DNA of 64,000 nt from an uncultured bacterium (GCA_903922465.1 CAIXTV010000098.1:10055-74054), one strand, 5' to 3'. Positions 47,556-57,397 are shown, counted from the first letter of the stretch. Program-made: numbers and translations. Notes: generated by a model from the letters alone, not told the origin.

Positions 47556-48647
47556 ATGAAAATTAATTTTATAGACAGTTTCGATTCCAAATTCGATTAT
47601 AAGGAAGAAGGCGTAAATATTTTTTCAAACCTAATGTTTGCCGATTCTCTCTACTATTTCTCCAGCACGAGTTTTAACTTTTATCATTACAAATATCTAA
47701 AGCTTATTCCTGAAGATAAGCTGTTAGATTTATTTGAACAATGCTACGAACTTAACGAAAGTGAAGTGGAAATGGTATCAAATCTACGCAAAGATTATCA
47801 TAATTATAAAAAATTCAAAAATCAAAAGCATAGAGATAAGAGCTTACTCATAAGTTTGGGCCGCGTAGAACATACCTATAAAAATATTAGAAACGATTTG
47901 AAGGATTTTTTCGACAATTGCATTAGAGACCTTCATCACGATTCGCTGCTACCCTTTTTCGAAGAGAATATCATTGATATATTTGTGTTCGATCACACCT
48001 CTAGTGAGATAAACGAAAACAAATTTCTGTCCTTATTTGTCAAAATCATCCTTAATCCTGACGAAATATTTTCGGTTGACTCTTGCATCGATCAAGATTT
48101 TAGTTCATATCAATACGACGAGGATGACGAAGAAAATAGCGATATAATTTATGTGCCCCTATGGTCGTTTCCTCAGTTGCAACTTCTCACTACCCCCCAA
48201 TTGCGCTACACACGTGAGGATTTAAAACCCGCTTTCGCAGCTTTTGAGGCCGATTTTAAAACCTTTGTTAAAGAAATTCGGCAAATTAGTTTCGCCCCCG
48301 AAGACCACCAAAAATTACAACAATTGTGCGCCGAAAAACTAGTGGTGCACATCGAAAAAGTGCAACAACAAATCGACCAAAGCCTCTATATTACAAAACT
48401 CAACCACGAATTTCCGAACGATACTAAACAAAGATTTAATGTGGGCATCACCTCAATCGAATCATTACTCGACTTTTATGAGTGCGAAGAGGTGATAGGC
48501 TCCTATATGACAACCGAAATTAAAAGTCAGGTGGCGCGATACTATTCTTTAGATACATGCTATCCCTTCAGCTTTTATCAAACCATCGAAGCCAACGAAA
48601 CCCAATCGGATACCAAGCCCCTTTTCGATTTACTAAAGGAATTATAA
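47556..48647 (+). CDS. Hypothetical protein, tandem paralogue 1
   Basis: 363 aa. It is homologous to the next ORF along most of its length (e.g. LWSFP..REDLKP..F..DF...IRQISF.PED / LWDFP..REELKP..F..DF...LREIKFEPEN, and KSQVARY..LDTC.PF.FY / KEQVARH.DIRTC.PF.FF). It has no signal peptide or TM helix, and I recognised no family. Confidence 0.7.
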   Translation: MKINFIDSFDSKFDYKEEGVNIFSNLMFADSLYYFSSTSFNFYHYKYLKLIPEDKLLDLFEQCYELNESEVEMVSNLRKDYHNYKKFKNQKHRDKSLLISLGRVEHTYKNIRNDLKDFFDNCIRDLHHDSLLPFFEENIIDIFVFDHTSSEINENKFLSLFVKIILNPDEIFSVDSCIDQDFSSYQYDEDDEENSDIIYVPLWSFPQLQLLTTPQLRYTREDLKPAFAAFEADFKTFVKEIRQISFAPEDHQKLQQLCAEKLVVHIEKVQQQIDQSLYITKLNHEFPNDTKQRFNVGITSIESLLDFYECEEVIGSYMTTEIKSQVARYYSLDTCYPFSFYQTIEANETQSDTKPLFDLLKEL

Positions 48648-48721
48648 TTAAGAAAACACACATTTAAATAGTTTCGGCCAACCACCGCCAAGCATGGCTC
48701 CTCATTAATATTTATAAAACC

Positions 48722-49801
48722 ATGATACTGAAATATATCAACCGCCCAGGTTCAAAAATCAATATAGAATTTGAAAATTTTTCTACAATTCAAGCTCTTA
48801 TGCTAGCTGATATGTATGTGTCAAATGCAATTTCATCATTATACATTCTTCGTTATTTAAGACTAAACAATTTTTCCTACGATTCCTTAATTGAACTATA
48901 TGCCGAATGTTTCAGAAATGAAAAAGAAACCCCTCAGATTATTGCAAAAGCAAAGGAATTTAATTCATTATATAAAAGGGAGAAAAAAGTAAAATATAAA
49001 AATCAAGCATATCTGGTTTATTTAGGAAGATTGCGCATTTATTTCGACCAAATGAGAATAAGTTTAAAAGAGGCTTATGAAAAATTGCTCAAAGAAATCC
49101 TTGTTTATCCTGTTCTTCCCTATAGAGATTCAAAAGTATTTGTGCCCCAATTTTCTTATGTAAAAGATAAGGAAGGAAACGATCAGGGATATATTGATGA
49201 AATCGCTACTGATTTCATCTTGAACGATGTCACACTTGTGTTAAATAACTATATCACAACTTTTATGACAAAAGAATTGTCCCCAAGCTCCGTACCCGGA
49301 CAATTCATTGCCATCGAAATTGCCCTATGGGATTTTCCACACTTTACAAATGTTAGTTACGAAGAAATCAATTCAATAAGAGAAGAATTGAAGCCTAAGC
49401 TCTTGCCGTTTAAAAACGATTTTTATGAATTAACCCAACAACTCCGTGAAATTAAATTTGAACCCGAAAATATAAGCCAAATTAAAGAACTGGCTAACGC
49501 AAAAATCGCCCCCCACATCGAACCTATAAAAGAGTTTTTCGACGAAAATCTGTATATGTGCAAAATGAGAAAATCGTTTTTCGAAAATTCAGGCATCACA
49601 TTATATCTCGGAATTGCTTCTGTCGAAGATATCGTAAATTACTTCGAATGGATATTAATCGTAAAGCCCTATATGGCATCTGCAATAAAAGAACAAGTTG
49701 CACGCCACGTCGATATAAGAACCTGCATCCCGTTTATTTTTTTTAAACTCAATATGAATTATCCTAATCTAGAATCATGCAAAGGCCTCTATGAGGAATA
49801 A
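48722..49801 (+). CDS. Hypothetical protein, tandem paralogue 2
   Basis: 359 aa. See the previous feature. Confidence 0.7.
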   Translation: MILKYINRPGSKINIEFENFSTIQALMLADMYVSNAISSLYILRYLRLNNFSYDSLIELYAECFRNEKETPQIIAKAKEFNSLYKREKKVKYKNQAYLVYLGRLRIYFDQMRISLKEAYEKLLKEILVYPVLPYRDSKVFVPQFSYVKDKEGNDQGYIDEIATDFILNDVTLVLNNYITTFMTKELSPSSVPGQFIAIEIALWDFPHFTNVSYEEINSIREELKPKLLPFKNDFYELTQQLREIKFEPENISQIKELANAKIAPHIEPIKEFFDENLYMCKMRKSFFENSGITLYLGIASVEDIVNYFEWILIVKPYMASAIKEQVARHVDIRTCIPFIFFKLNMNYPNLESCKGLYEE

Positions 49802-49807
49802 ACAAAA

Positions 49808-49830
49808 AAATCCGCTTTTACTGCGGATTT
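49808..49830. terminator. Bidirectional terminator hairpin between convergent genes
   Basis: AAATCCGC-ttttact-GCGGATTT hairpin, flanked by an A-run on the left and a T-run on the right. Confidence 0.6.
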
Positions 49831-49835
49831 TCCTA

Positions 49836-50342
49836 TTAAATATCTTTTGTCAGCTCAAACTTATGCTTTTCGGCCAGCTTTTTCTGGACATCTAAAAAGT
49901 TTTTAAGTTCGAGGTTGAGTTTGTCATCAATCACCTTCGAAGCATCCTTAAACTTGGTTTGCTCTTCAATGGTGTACAACTCAGTGGGGATTTTGGTTAT
50001 CCTAACCAATTCCATATATTCCTTTTCAGCCACACTTTTATAAGCCTCAAAAAGCTTAAGAGCAGCATCTTTTAGAGATATTTCCTTATCAACTTCGTCT
50101 AACTTGCTCACTTTATCAATAGCGGCATTAATAACATCTTTAAATTTAGTGTATTCTTTATCGATGTTCGCCACATCAAGCTTAGATGCCATATCCAGAA
50201 TAATCTTTTCTTCATTAATAACGGCTTTTTGCTCAAAAACGATGGTGTCGTTATATTTGATAATTTCTTTTTTGGTAGGCCCACAACTAGCAAACAATAA
50301 GGCAAACATGCCCATTACGATAAACTTAAATTGGTTTTTCAT
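49836..50342 (-). CDS. Small lipoprotein, hypothetical
   Basis: 168 aa with the lipobox LFASCGP. The rest is helical and charged. Confidence 0.55.
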   Translation of the reverse strand: MKNQFKFIVMGMFALLFASCGPTKKEIIKYNDTIVFEQKAVINEEKIILDMASKLDVANIDKEYTKFKDVINAAIDKVSKLDEVDKEISLKDAALKLFEAYKSVAEKEYMELVRITKIPTELYTIEEQTKFKDASKVIDDKLNLELKNFLDVQKKLAEKHKFELTKDI

Positions 50343-50359
50343 AAAGAAGAGATAAAACG

Positions 50360-51103
50360 TTAAACAGTTTTTTTATTTGGATATTTTTTGAATAAGCTTC
50401 TGAATTTCAAAGAAAGAACACCTAAAAAGGCTTCATAAAATATGTTTTTCGACATTTTAGAAGTGCCCTGAGTGCGGTCAGTAAATATAATAGGAACTTC
50501 AGTTATGTTAAAACCGAGTTTCCAGGTCGTAAACTTCATCTCAATCTGAAACGCATACCCATGAAAACGGATTTGCTCTAAATCAATGGCTTCAAGAACC
50601 TTGCGCGTATAGCATTTAAAACCAGCAGTCGTATCCTGAATCTTCATTCGGGTAACAATACGAACATATGCCGAGGCATAATACGACATCAATACCCTTC
50701 CCATAGGCCAATTCACAACATTAACCCCGTTTATATAGCGCGATCCAATGGCTAAATCGGCCCCTTTTGTATAACAGGCATCATATAATTTCAACAAATC
50801 CTCAGGATTGTGCGAAAAATCGGCATCCATTTCAAAAACATATTGATAATTGCGTTGAAGAGCCCATTTAAATCCATGAATATAAGCAGTACCTAAGCCA
50901 AGTTTGCCTTTTCTTTCTTCAATGAATAGCCTTTCGGGAAACTCATTCATAAGCGATTTAACAATTTGAGCAGTACCATCCGGGGAATTATCTTCAACTA
51001 TCAAAACGTGAAAAACTTTTTCTAAAGAAAACACTTTACGAATAATATTTTCGATGTTTTCTTTTTCGTTATAGGTAGGAATTATTACGACGCTATCGAT
51101 CAC
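50360..51103 (-). CDS. Polyprenol-phosphate mannose synthase-like GT2 glycosyltransferase
   Basis: Carries IPTYNEKENI, VEDNSPDGT and EMDADFSH (Dpm1-like GT2 motifs). Confidence 0.85.
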   Translation of the reverse strand: MIDSVVIIPTYNEKENIENIIRKVFSLEKVFHVLIVEDNSPDGTAQIVKSLMNEFPERLFIEERKGKLGLGTAYIHGFKWALQRNYQYVFEMDADFSHNPEDLLKLYDACYTKGADLAIGSRYINGVNVVNWPMGRVLMSYYASAYVRIVTRMKIQDTTAGFKCYTRKVLEAIDLEQIRFHGYAFQIEMKFTTWKLGFNITEVPIIFTDRTQGTSKMSKNIFYEAFLGVLSLKFRSLFKKYPNKKTV

Positions 51104-51177
51104 TGATAATAGATTTATATATTTGGTAAAAGTATTATTTTTTTTAAAGAAAAGATACTAACGCTATAGAAAAAGAA

Positions 51178-52239
51178 TTATTTTACTTCCTTAGTTAAAA
51201 ACACATAAACCGGAAAGTGGTCGCTATATCCCCCAATAAAAACCCCACCAACCATAGTCCTGAAAGGATATCCTTTGAATGCGCCATCCTTTTGAGTTAG
51301 ATAGTTTTTGTTGTATACTTTAGCAACTGCAAATTTCCAACCTCCATTAACATTGTTAATTAAACCAGCCGATATTAGGGTTTGGTCGAAAAGATTCCAC
51401 GAATCCCTATAAGCCAATGAGCCGATTCCATCTTTAAATAATTTATAACCTGGGTTAAAAAAATCGCAGGGGGCTAAATTTTCTGCTTTCCCCTTAGCCT
51501 TGAATACTTTTACCAAACTTTTATCAATTGGGTCGTCATTCAAGTCACCCATCACAATAATCTTTGAATTTGGAGTAACATTGCAAATCGAATCAGCAAT
51601 GGCTCTGCTCAAATTAGCTGCCGCTGCTCTTTTAGGTGCGCTCCTAGCCTCCCCACCTCTCCTCGATGGCCAGTGATTAACTATAATAGTAAGTGGTTCT
51701 CCGTCTAACAATCCCTTTACTACCAATTGATCGCGTGAGCGAAATGCTGTATCTCCTGCTAAAGTAAGCCTAACAGGGTAGCTTTTCTCAACTTTAAACA
51801 CCGAAGGCTTGTAAATCAATGCAACATCCACACCTCTTAGGTCAGGGGAGTCGTAATGAACTATTGCATAACCCGATTTTTTCAGGCGAGGAGTGTTAAT
51901 CAAATCTTCTAACACACCCCTATTCTCAATTTCCGAAAACCCAATGATGGCAGGCCCTCCCTTTAATTGTTCGTCGCCAATTTGAGATATTACCTCAGAC
52001 ATATGATCGAGTTTCAGCATGTATTTTTCCGTATTCCACGTATTAGGTCCGGTCGGGAGGAATTCAGCGTCATCTGTATCAGGCGAATCTATGGTATCGT
52101 AAAGGTTTTCAAGATTGTAAAAGGCGATACAAGTAACTTTTATTTTCTTCTCTTGCGCAAATGTCGAATTATGAATGAACGTAAGTGAAAAGATAAATAA
52201 ACTGAGGAATAAGAAATTTCGATTTATTGGGTAATGCAT
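51178..52239 (-). CDS. Endonuclease/exonuclease/phosphatase (EEP) family secreted protein
   Basis: Carries the C-terminal SDHFPV motif, VMGDLND and a signal peptide. The start is set at MHYPINRN (52239) rather than the track's 52302. Confidence 0.75.
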   Translation of the reverse strand: MHYPINRNFLFLSLFIFSLTFIHNSTFAQEKKIKVTCIAFYNLENLYDTIDSPDTDDAEFLPTGPNTWNTEKYMLKLDHMSEVISQIGDEQLKGGPAIIGFSEIENRGVLEDLINTPRLKKSGYAIVHYDSPDLRGVDVALIYKPSVFKVEKSYPVRLTLAGDTAFRSRDQLVVKGLLDGEPLTIIVNHWPSRRGGEARSAPKRAAAANLSRAIADSICNVTPNSKIIVMGDLNDDPIDKSLVKVFKAKGKAENLAPCDFFNPGYKLFKDGIGSLAYRDSWNLFDQTLISAGLINNVNGGWKFAVAKVYNKNYLTQKDGAFKGYPFRTMVGGVFIGGYSDHFPVYVFLTKEVK

Positions 52240-52375
52240 GTTGTGTTTTTTATTTCTGACAAAAGTACAATCAAAAAGCATTATAAATGCAGAATTATGC
52301 AAATAATATGTTTTGTGCCATATTTAATTTTATCTTTGCTGACTTTTTATCTTAGAAAACTAAATCATATCTTAT

Positions 52376-55096
52376 ATGAAGAAACTATTAATTACGTGCT
52401 TATTAAGCTTTTTTATGCTCTCATTTATGTTTGCTCAACAAACAAAGCTTAGAGGCATTGTTAAAGATTCCGAGAGTGGCAATCCTGTCTCCGGTGTCGT
52501 TGTTAAAATTGATAAGAATACAGTTGTTACCAATGAATCAGGAACATTCGAATTTAATAATGTCCCTGAAGGTAAGACGTATTTAATTATTGATCAGAAA
52601 GGATTTGAAAATTACTCTCAACTTATTATTGTTTCAGGTGAAAGCATGAAAGTTGATGATATTAAACTGAAACATCTTGCTGAAGAAACCGATAAAACAG
52701 GAATCACTGAGGTTTCTGCTTCAAGTTTGGAATCGGATGATGTTAATAAAGAACAAGGGGTTTCATCTTTACTCCATTCTTCAGGTGATATTTTCACTTC
52801 TACTGCAAGTTATACTTTAGGAGCAATGTATTTTAGAAGTCGTGGATACGATGGCGAAAACTTAGCCACTTACATGAATGGTATCTATGTTAATGATGCC
52901 GAAAATGGGCGTGCCAATTGGTCAGAATGGGGAGGATTGAATGATGTTACCCGCAATAAAGAATCTGTTAATGGTATTAGTGCCTCAAGTTTTTCTTTTG
53001 GTTCCTTAGGTGGTTCAACCAATATTATAACTCGTGCTTCTTTGCAACGTAAACAAACCAAACTAACCTATTCATTATCTAATAAAACCTATAGCAATCG
53101 TTTGATGTTAACCTATTCAACTGGTTTAATGGATAACAATTGGGCTTTTACCGTAAGTGGATCTCGCCGTTGGGGTGATAATGGTTATGTTAAAGGAGTT
53201 TTTTATGATGCTTGGGCATATTTTGTTTCTGCCGAAAAGAAAATTAATGATCATCATAGCATATGTCTTACTGCTTTTGGATCTCCGACTACACGTGGTC
53301 AACAAGGTGGTTCTACTCAGGAAGTTTATGATTTAACAGGAAGTAATTATTACAATCCAAACTGGGGATATCAAAATGGTGAAGTTAGAAATGCTAAAGT
53401 GAAGAACTTTCACGAACCTATGATTATTCTTTCTCACTATTGGACTATTGATAATAAAACCAAACTGACTTCTTCTTTAGCTTATTCGTTTGGTTACAAT
53501 GGCGCTACTGCTTTAAATTGGTATAATGCTGCTGATCCTCGTCCTGATTATTATCGAAATTTACCCAGTTACGAATATTATATTTCCAATCACGTAGCTG
53601 ATCAGAACGTAATTAATCAAACTACTTATGCTTGGCAAAACAATCCTAATATTTCGCAAATTAACTGGGATAATTTATATCAAGTAAACTATAACAGAAA
53701 TCTAAAAGGTCAACAGTCAAGTTATATTTTAGAAGACCGTCGCAACGACCAACAGCAAATAAGTTTAAATATGGTTTTAAATAAAGAACTTTCTGGTGAT
53801 GTGAAGTTTGATGGTGGACTTGAAATTCGCAAATATACTGGTCATCACTTTAAAACTATTTCTGATTTATTGGGCGGTACGTTTTGGGTTGATATAGACA
53901 ACTTCGCCTTAAGAGATAATGGATTAAATGCTATTGAAATTCAGAACGACGTAAACAATCCTAACCGTGTGGTTAAGGAGGGTGATATTTTTGGTTACAA
54001 CTATAACATTTATAATAACAGTGGTTTGCTTTGGGGGCAATTAAGTGTTACCGCTAATAAATTTGATTATTTCGCCGCCCTCAATGTTAGTACAACTTCT
54101 TTTTGGAGAGAAGGTTTAATGAAGAATGGATACAACATTAACAATTCATTTGGCGATTCGAAAAAATATAGTTTCTATAATGGTGGCATCAAAGCCGGGG
54201 TAACTTATAAGATAAACGGACGTAACTTCATTGCCGTTAATTCACAAGCGATGACCAGACCTCCTTCGGTTTATAATTCTTTTGTCTCACCAAGAACTAG
54301 AAACACTGTTACTGCTAATATTCAAGACGACCAAGTGTGGACAGCTGATGCAAGCTATATCTTGCGCACCACTTTCCTTAAAGCTCGCGTAACAGCATAT
54401 CAAACCATGTTCTGGAACCAGAATGAAATTAGCAGTTTTTATCATGACGATTTAAATACCTATGTTAATTATGTGATGACGGGTATCGATAAAGTTCATC
54501 AGGGTATTGAAATTGGTTTAGAGATGAAAGCCACTACAAATATTTCCTTCACAGGAGTTGCAGCAATTGGTAGTTATCGCTACACTAGCAATCCTTTAGC
54601 AACTGTTTCATACGACAATCATATGCAGCCTGATATTACCGAAACTGTTTATTCGAAAAACTTCATGATTAATGGAAGTCCTCAAACTGCAGGTTCATTG
54701 GGTGTCAGCTACAGAAATTCAAAATATTGGTTCTTCAATGCTAACTTTAATTACTTCGGTGATAACTATCTCGATTTTAATCCAGAAAGAAGAACTGTTT
54801 CGGCTATGCCTTATGCAAGTCCTAATGATTCAAGAATCCCTTCGATACTTAATCAGATTAAAGTTGATGATGGCTTTACTCTTGATGCCTCTATTGGCAA
54901 ATCATGGTTGATTAAAAAGGTGTATTACAATGTAAACTTTAGTTTGAGCAATATCCTCGATAATACATCCTTAATTACAGGCGGATACGAACAAATGCGT
55001 TTCGATTTCGATACAAAAAACATTAATAAATTCCCACCTAAACTTTATTACGGTTTGGGCAGAACCTTTTTCTTAAACCTCAGCATTAGAATTTGA
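52376..55096 (+). CDS. TonB-dependent outer-membrane receptor with an N-terminal carboxypeptidase-regulatory-like domain
   Basis: 906 aa with a signal peptide. The CarbopepD_reg-like segment is LRGIVKDSESGNPVSGVVV, followed by a plug-like region. The terminal beta-strand reads …TFFLNLSIRI. Confidence 0.8.
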   Translation: MKKLLITCLLSFFMLSFMFAQQTKLRGIVKDSESGNPVSGVVVKIDKNTVVTNESGTFEFNNVPEGKTYLIIDQKGFENYSQLIIVSGESMKVDDIKLKHLAEETDKTGITEVSASSLESDDVNKEQGVSSLLHSSGDIFTSTASYTLGAMYFRSRGYDGENLATYMNGIYVNDAENGRANWSEWGGLNDVTRNKESVNGISASSFSFGSLGGSTNIITRASLQRKQTKLTYSLSNKTYSNRLMLTYSTGLMDNNWAFTVSGSRRWGDNGYVKGVFYDAWAYFVSAEKKINDHHSICLTAFGSPTTRGQQGGSTQEVYDLTGSNYYNPNWGYQNGEVRNAKVKNFHEPMIILSHYWTIDNKTKLTSSLAYSFGYNGATALNWYNAADPRPDYYRNLPSYEYYISNHVADQNVINQTTYAWQNNPNISQINWDNLYQVNYNRNLKGQQSSYILEDRRNDQQQISLNMVLNKELSGDVKFDGGLEIRKYTGHHFKTISDLLGGTFWVDIDNFALRDNGLNAIEIQNDVNNPNRVVKEGDIFGYNYNIYNNSGLLWGQLSVTANKFDYFAALNVSTTSFWREGLMKNGYNINNSFGDSKKYSFYNGGIKAGVTYKINGRNFIAVNSQAMTRPPSVYNSFVSPRTRNTVTANIQDDQVWTADASYILRTTFLKARVTAYQTMFWNQNEISSFYHDDLNTYVNYVMTGIDKVHQGIEIGLEMKATTNISFTGVAAIGSYRYTSNPLATVSYDNHMQPDITETVYSKNFMINGSPQTAGSLGVSYRNSKYWFFNANFNYFGDNYLDFNPERRTVSAMPYASPNDSRIPSILNQIKVDDGFTLDASIGKSWLIKKVYYNVNFSLSNILDNTSLITGGYEQMRFDFDTKNINKFPPKLYYGLGRTFFLNLSIRI

Positions 55097-55141
55097 TAAA
55101 TTAAATAACACAAGCTAAAAACAAATAAACACATAAATAAA

Positions 55142-56431
55142 ATGAAAACAGTTAAAACCAGAATATTCGGACTATTCATAATTCTACTTACCATTGTTAG
55201 CTTTAGCAGTTGTAAAAAAGATATTGAAACACCACCCTTCGACGAGCCTCATTTTACAGTGCCTGCCGGCGCAACTCTTAAGACCATTGCTCAAATGAAA
55301 GCTATTGTGGGTTCAAGCTCAATAGTTATTGATTCGAATTGGTACATCAGAGGTGTTGTCGTTGCTACTGACGAATCAGGAAACTATTTTAAAGATATCG
55401 TAATTCAAGATTCAACCGGTGGTATTGATATTAAGCTCGAGAAATACAGTTTATTTAATAACTATCCTTTAGGTCAAATGATATATGTTAACATGAATGG
55501 TATGTATTTCAGCAATGCCAACGGAACACATTCATTAGGTTATAAAGGCGGTACAGGTATTGTTACCCTCCCTGCTATTATGATTGATGCTCATATCTTT
55601 AAAGATAAATTCCCTGGGCCTGTACCTACCCCTGTTACCTTAACTTCCATCACTTGCACCGACAATTACATCAATACTTTAGTGGTGTTTGATAATGTGA
55701 GTTTTGCTGATGCGGGTTCAGTTTTTGCCGATCCTCTCAATCTTTTAGGCGGTATGACGCCTCGCAACTTTACCGATACCCTTAGTACAACTGCTATAAT
55801 TTTACGTTCAAGCACTTATGCTAATTTTAAAAATGTTTTACTTCCCTCCGGAAAAGGTAGTGTGAGGGGTATTTTAACCAAATACAACACCTCATGGCAG
55901 TTTTGCATTAGAGATATTAATGATGTTTATGGTTTTGCAATCGACCCATCCTTAATTTTAACTGCAAGTTTTGCATCATCGCTGGGTGGTTTTACACCTT
56001 ATTCGGTAACTGGAGCACAAGTTTGGGCATGGACTTCCTATGGAGCAACCATGTCGGGTTATGCAGCTGGGACTTATAATGCTAACGAAGATTGGTTAAT
56101 TTCTCCTGCTTTAAACTTAACTCAACACACCAACATTAAATTCAAATTCGAATCGGCAATGAACTATGGTACTGCCGGTGATGGTTCTTTGAAAGTTTTA
56201 TATTCAAATGATTATACAGGCACTGGAAGTCCTGCTGCAGCAACATGGACTGAATTCCCAACTTATATTTTATCGGCTGGTGCGTGGGCATTTACTCCAT
56301 CAGGCGACATCGATATGTCGTCGATAGGTGGAACAACTCATACCTATGTGGCATTTAAATATGTTTGCACTACAGCCAATGTTGCTACGTGGGAGCTTAA
56401 AAACATATCAATTAAAGGACAACACATCTAA
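55142..56431 (+). CDS. Surface lipoprotein, DUF5689-like N-terminal half plus choice-of-anchor-J-like C-terminal domain (by recollection)
   Basis: 429 aa with the lipobox SFSSCKK. It carries the C-terminal NEDWLISPALNL motif and lies immediately downstream of the TonB-dependent receptor. Confidence 0.55.
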   Translation: MKTVKTRIFGLFIILLTIVSFSSCKKDIETPPFDEPHFTVPAGATLKTIAQMKAIVGSSSIVIDSNWYIRGVVVATDESGNYFKDIVIQDSTGGIDIKLEKYSLFNNYPLGQMIYVNMNGMYFSNANGTHSLGYKGGTGIVTLPAIMIDAHIFKDKFPGPVPTPVTLTSITCTDNYINTLVVFDNVSFADAGSVFADPLNLLGGMTPRNFTDTLSTTAIILRSSTYANFKNVLLPSGKGSVRGILTKYNTSWQFCIRDINDVYGFAIDPSLILTASFASSLGGFTPYSVTGAQVWAWTSYGATMSGYAAGTYNANEDWLISPALNLTQHTNIKFKFESAMNYGTAGDGSLKVLYSNDYTGTGSPAAATWTEFPTYILSAGAWAFTPSGDIDMSSIGGTTHTYVAFKYVCTTANVATWELKNISIKGQHI

Positions 56432-56453
56432 TCGACCTAAATATTTATATAAA

Positions 56454-56481
56454 AGCCCTTCATTCGTGAAGGGCTTTTTTT
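56454..56481 (+). terminator. Rho-independent terminator
   Basis: AGCCCTTCA-ttcg-TGAAGGGCT hairpin followed by TTTTTTT, about 22 nt after the stop at 56431. Confidence 0.75.
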
Positions 56482-56644
56482 ATGATATAGAATGGCTTAG
56501 GTTAGTGTTTTGGGGCATATAGCAAAGGAAAAGCCTTTAGAGGGTGCTATTTTATTTTATGTATTTTAGAAATACAGAATTATAGGCAATGAAAATTCAT
56601 GCTAATTTTATGACGAAATCCTAAGAAATGCTGGAGGAATGCTG

Positions 56645-56875
56645 CCCTCACTATAAATCCGGTTGTCCGCACTATAAAACACTTTGTCCGCACTAAAATC
56701 CCGATTATCCGCACTAGAAATTTCGTCGTCCGCACTAAAAACCCGCTTGTCCGCACTAATAATCTCGTCGTCCGCACTAATAATCTCGTCATCCGCACCT
56801 AATTTCTCGTTGTCCGCACTAATAATCTCGTCGTCCGCACCTAATTTCCGGTCGTCCGCACCTAATTTCCTTTTT
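56645..56875. repeat. Array 4: about 11 strictly phased 21-bp tandem repeats, consensus TCCGCACTAATAATCTCGTCG
   Basis: TCCGCAC starts fall at 56666, 56687, 56708, 56729, 56750, 56771, 56792, 56813, 56834 and 56855, with a degenerate unit at 56645. Confidence 0.9.
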
Positions 56876-57183
56876 ATTATTTCAGTAAAAGCCTTAGTTT
56901 TTATAGTACGGAGAATTATTGGAAAAGAAAGAATAAGAATGTTTTAAGCGCTGATAATAATAAATTAAGAGCTGATGAATGTTTTTGATGGAAATATGTT
57001 GCTATCATCAGTAATTATTGAAATTGGAATAGTGCTAAAGAATAAATTTTCAGGAAGATATATTACTTGAAAAGAGATGACCTTCATTTTTAAGATGCGA
57101 AACCTCCTATTCTGCTAACTAATGGGATTAGGTGATGAATTTTACTTCATTTTCCCTCTGTCGTCAACTGCTTAAATTAAAAA

Positions 57184-57208
57184 AGGCTTGCCACCGGCAA
57201 GCCTTTTA
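57184..57208. terminator. Bidirectional terminator hairpin downstream of proS
   Basis: AAGGCTTGCC-accg-GGCAAGCCTT hairpin, with an A-run on the left and a T-run on the right. Confidence 0.6.
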
Positions 57209-57397
57209 CTTTATAACTCTTTGCGAAAACCATTTTGAACTTTACGTTTAAAAGTTTTAATGCAGAAAATCGCAAAACTTCATCGCAAAACTAAAAATCA
57301 GCTAACTCTGAGGATTTAAATTCAAAATAGTGACCCAATAACCCGGTAACTTATTTCACCCAATAACAAAATCACCAAATCACCAAACCACCAAATC

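Noticed and set aside
17812-56875. CRISPR interpretation of the 21-bp arrays, and of the 42-bp array at 46940-47360
   Set aside because: The units abut directly with no unique spacers and the repeats are degenerate throughout. There is no leader/cas context and no cas genes in the window.
56580-56947. ORFs 56580..56798 (-) and 56684..56947 (+) overlapping array 4
   Set aside because: This is the same artefact. The ORFs lie between two terminators and have no independent coding evidence.
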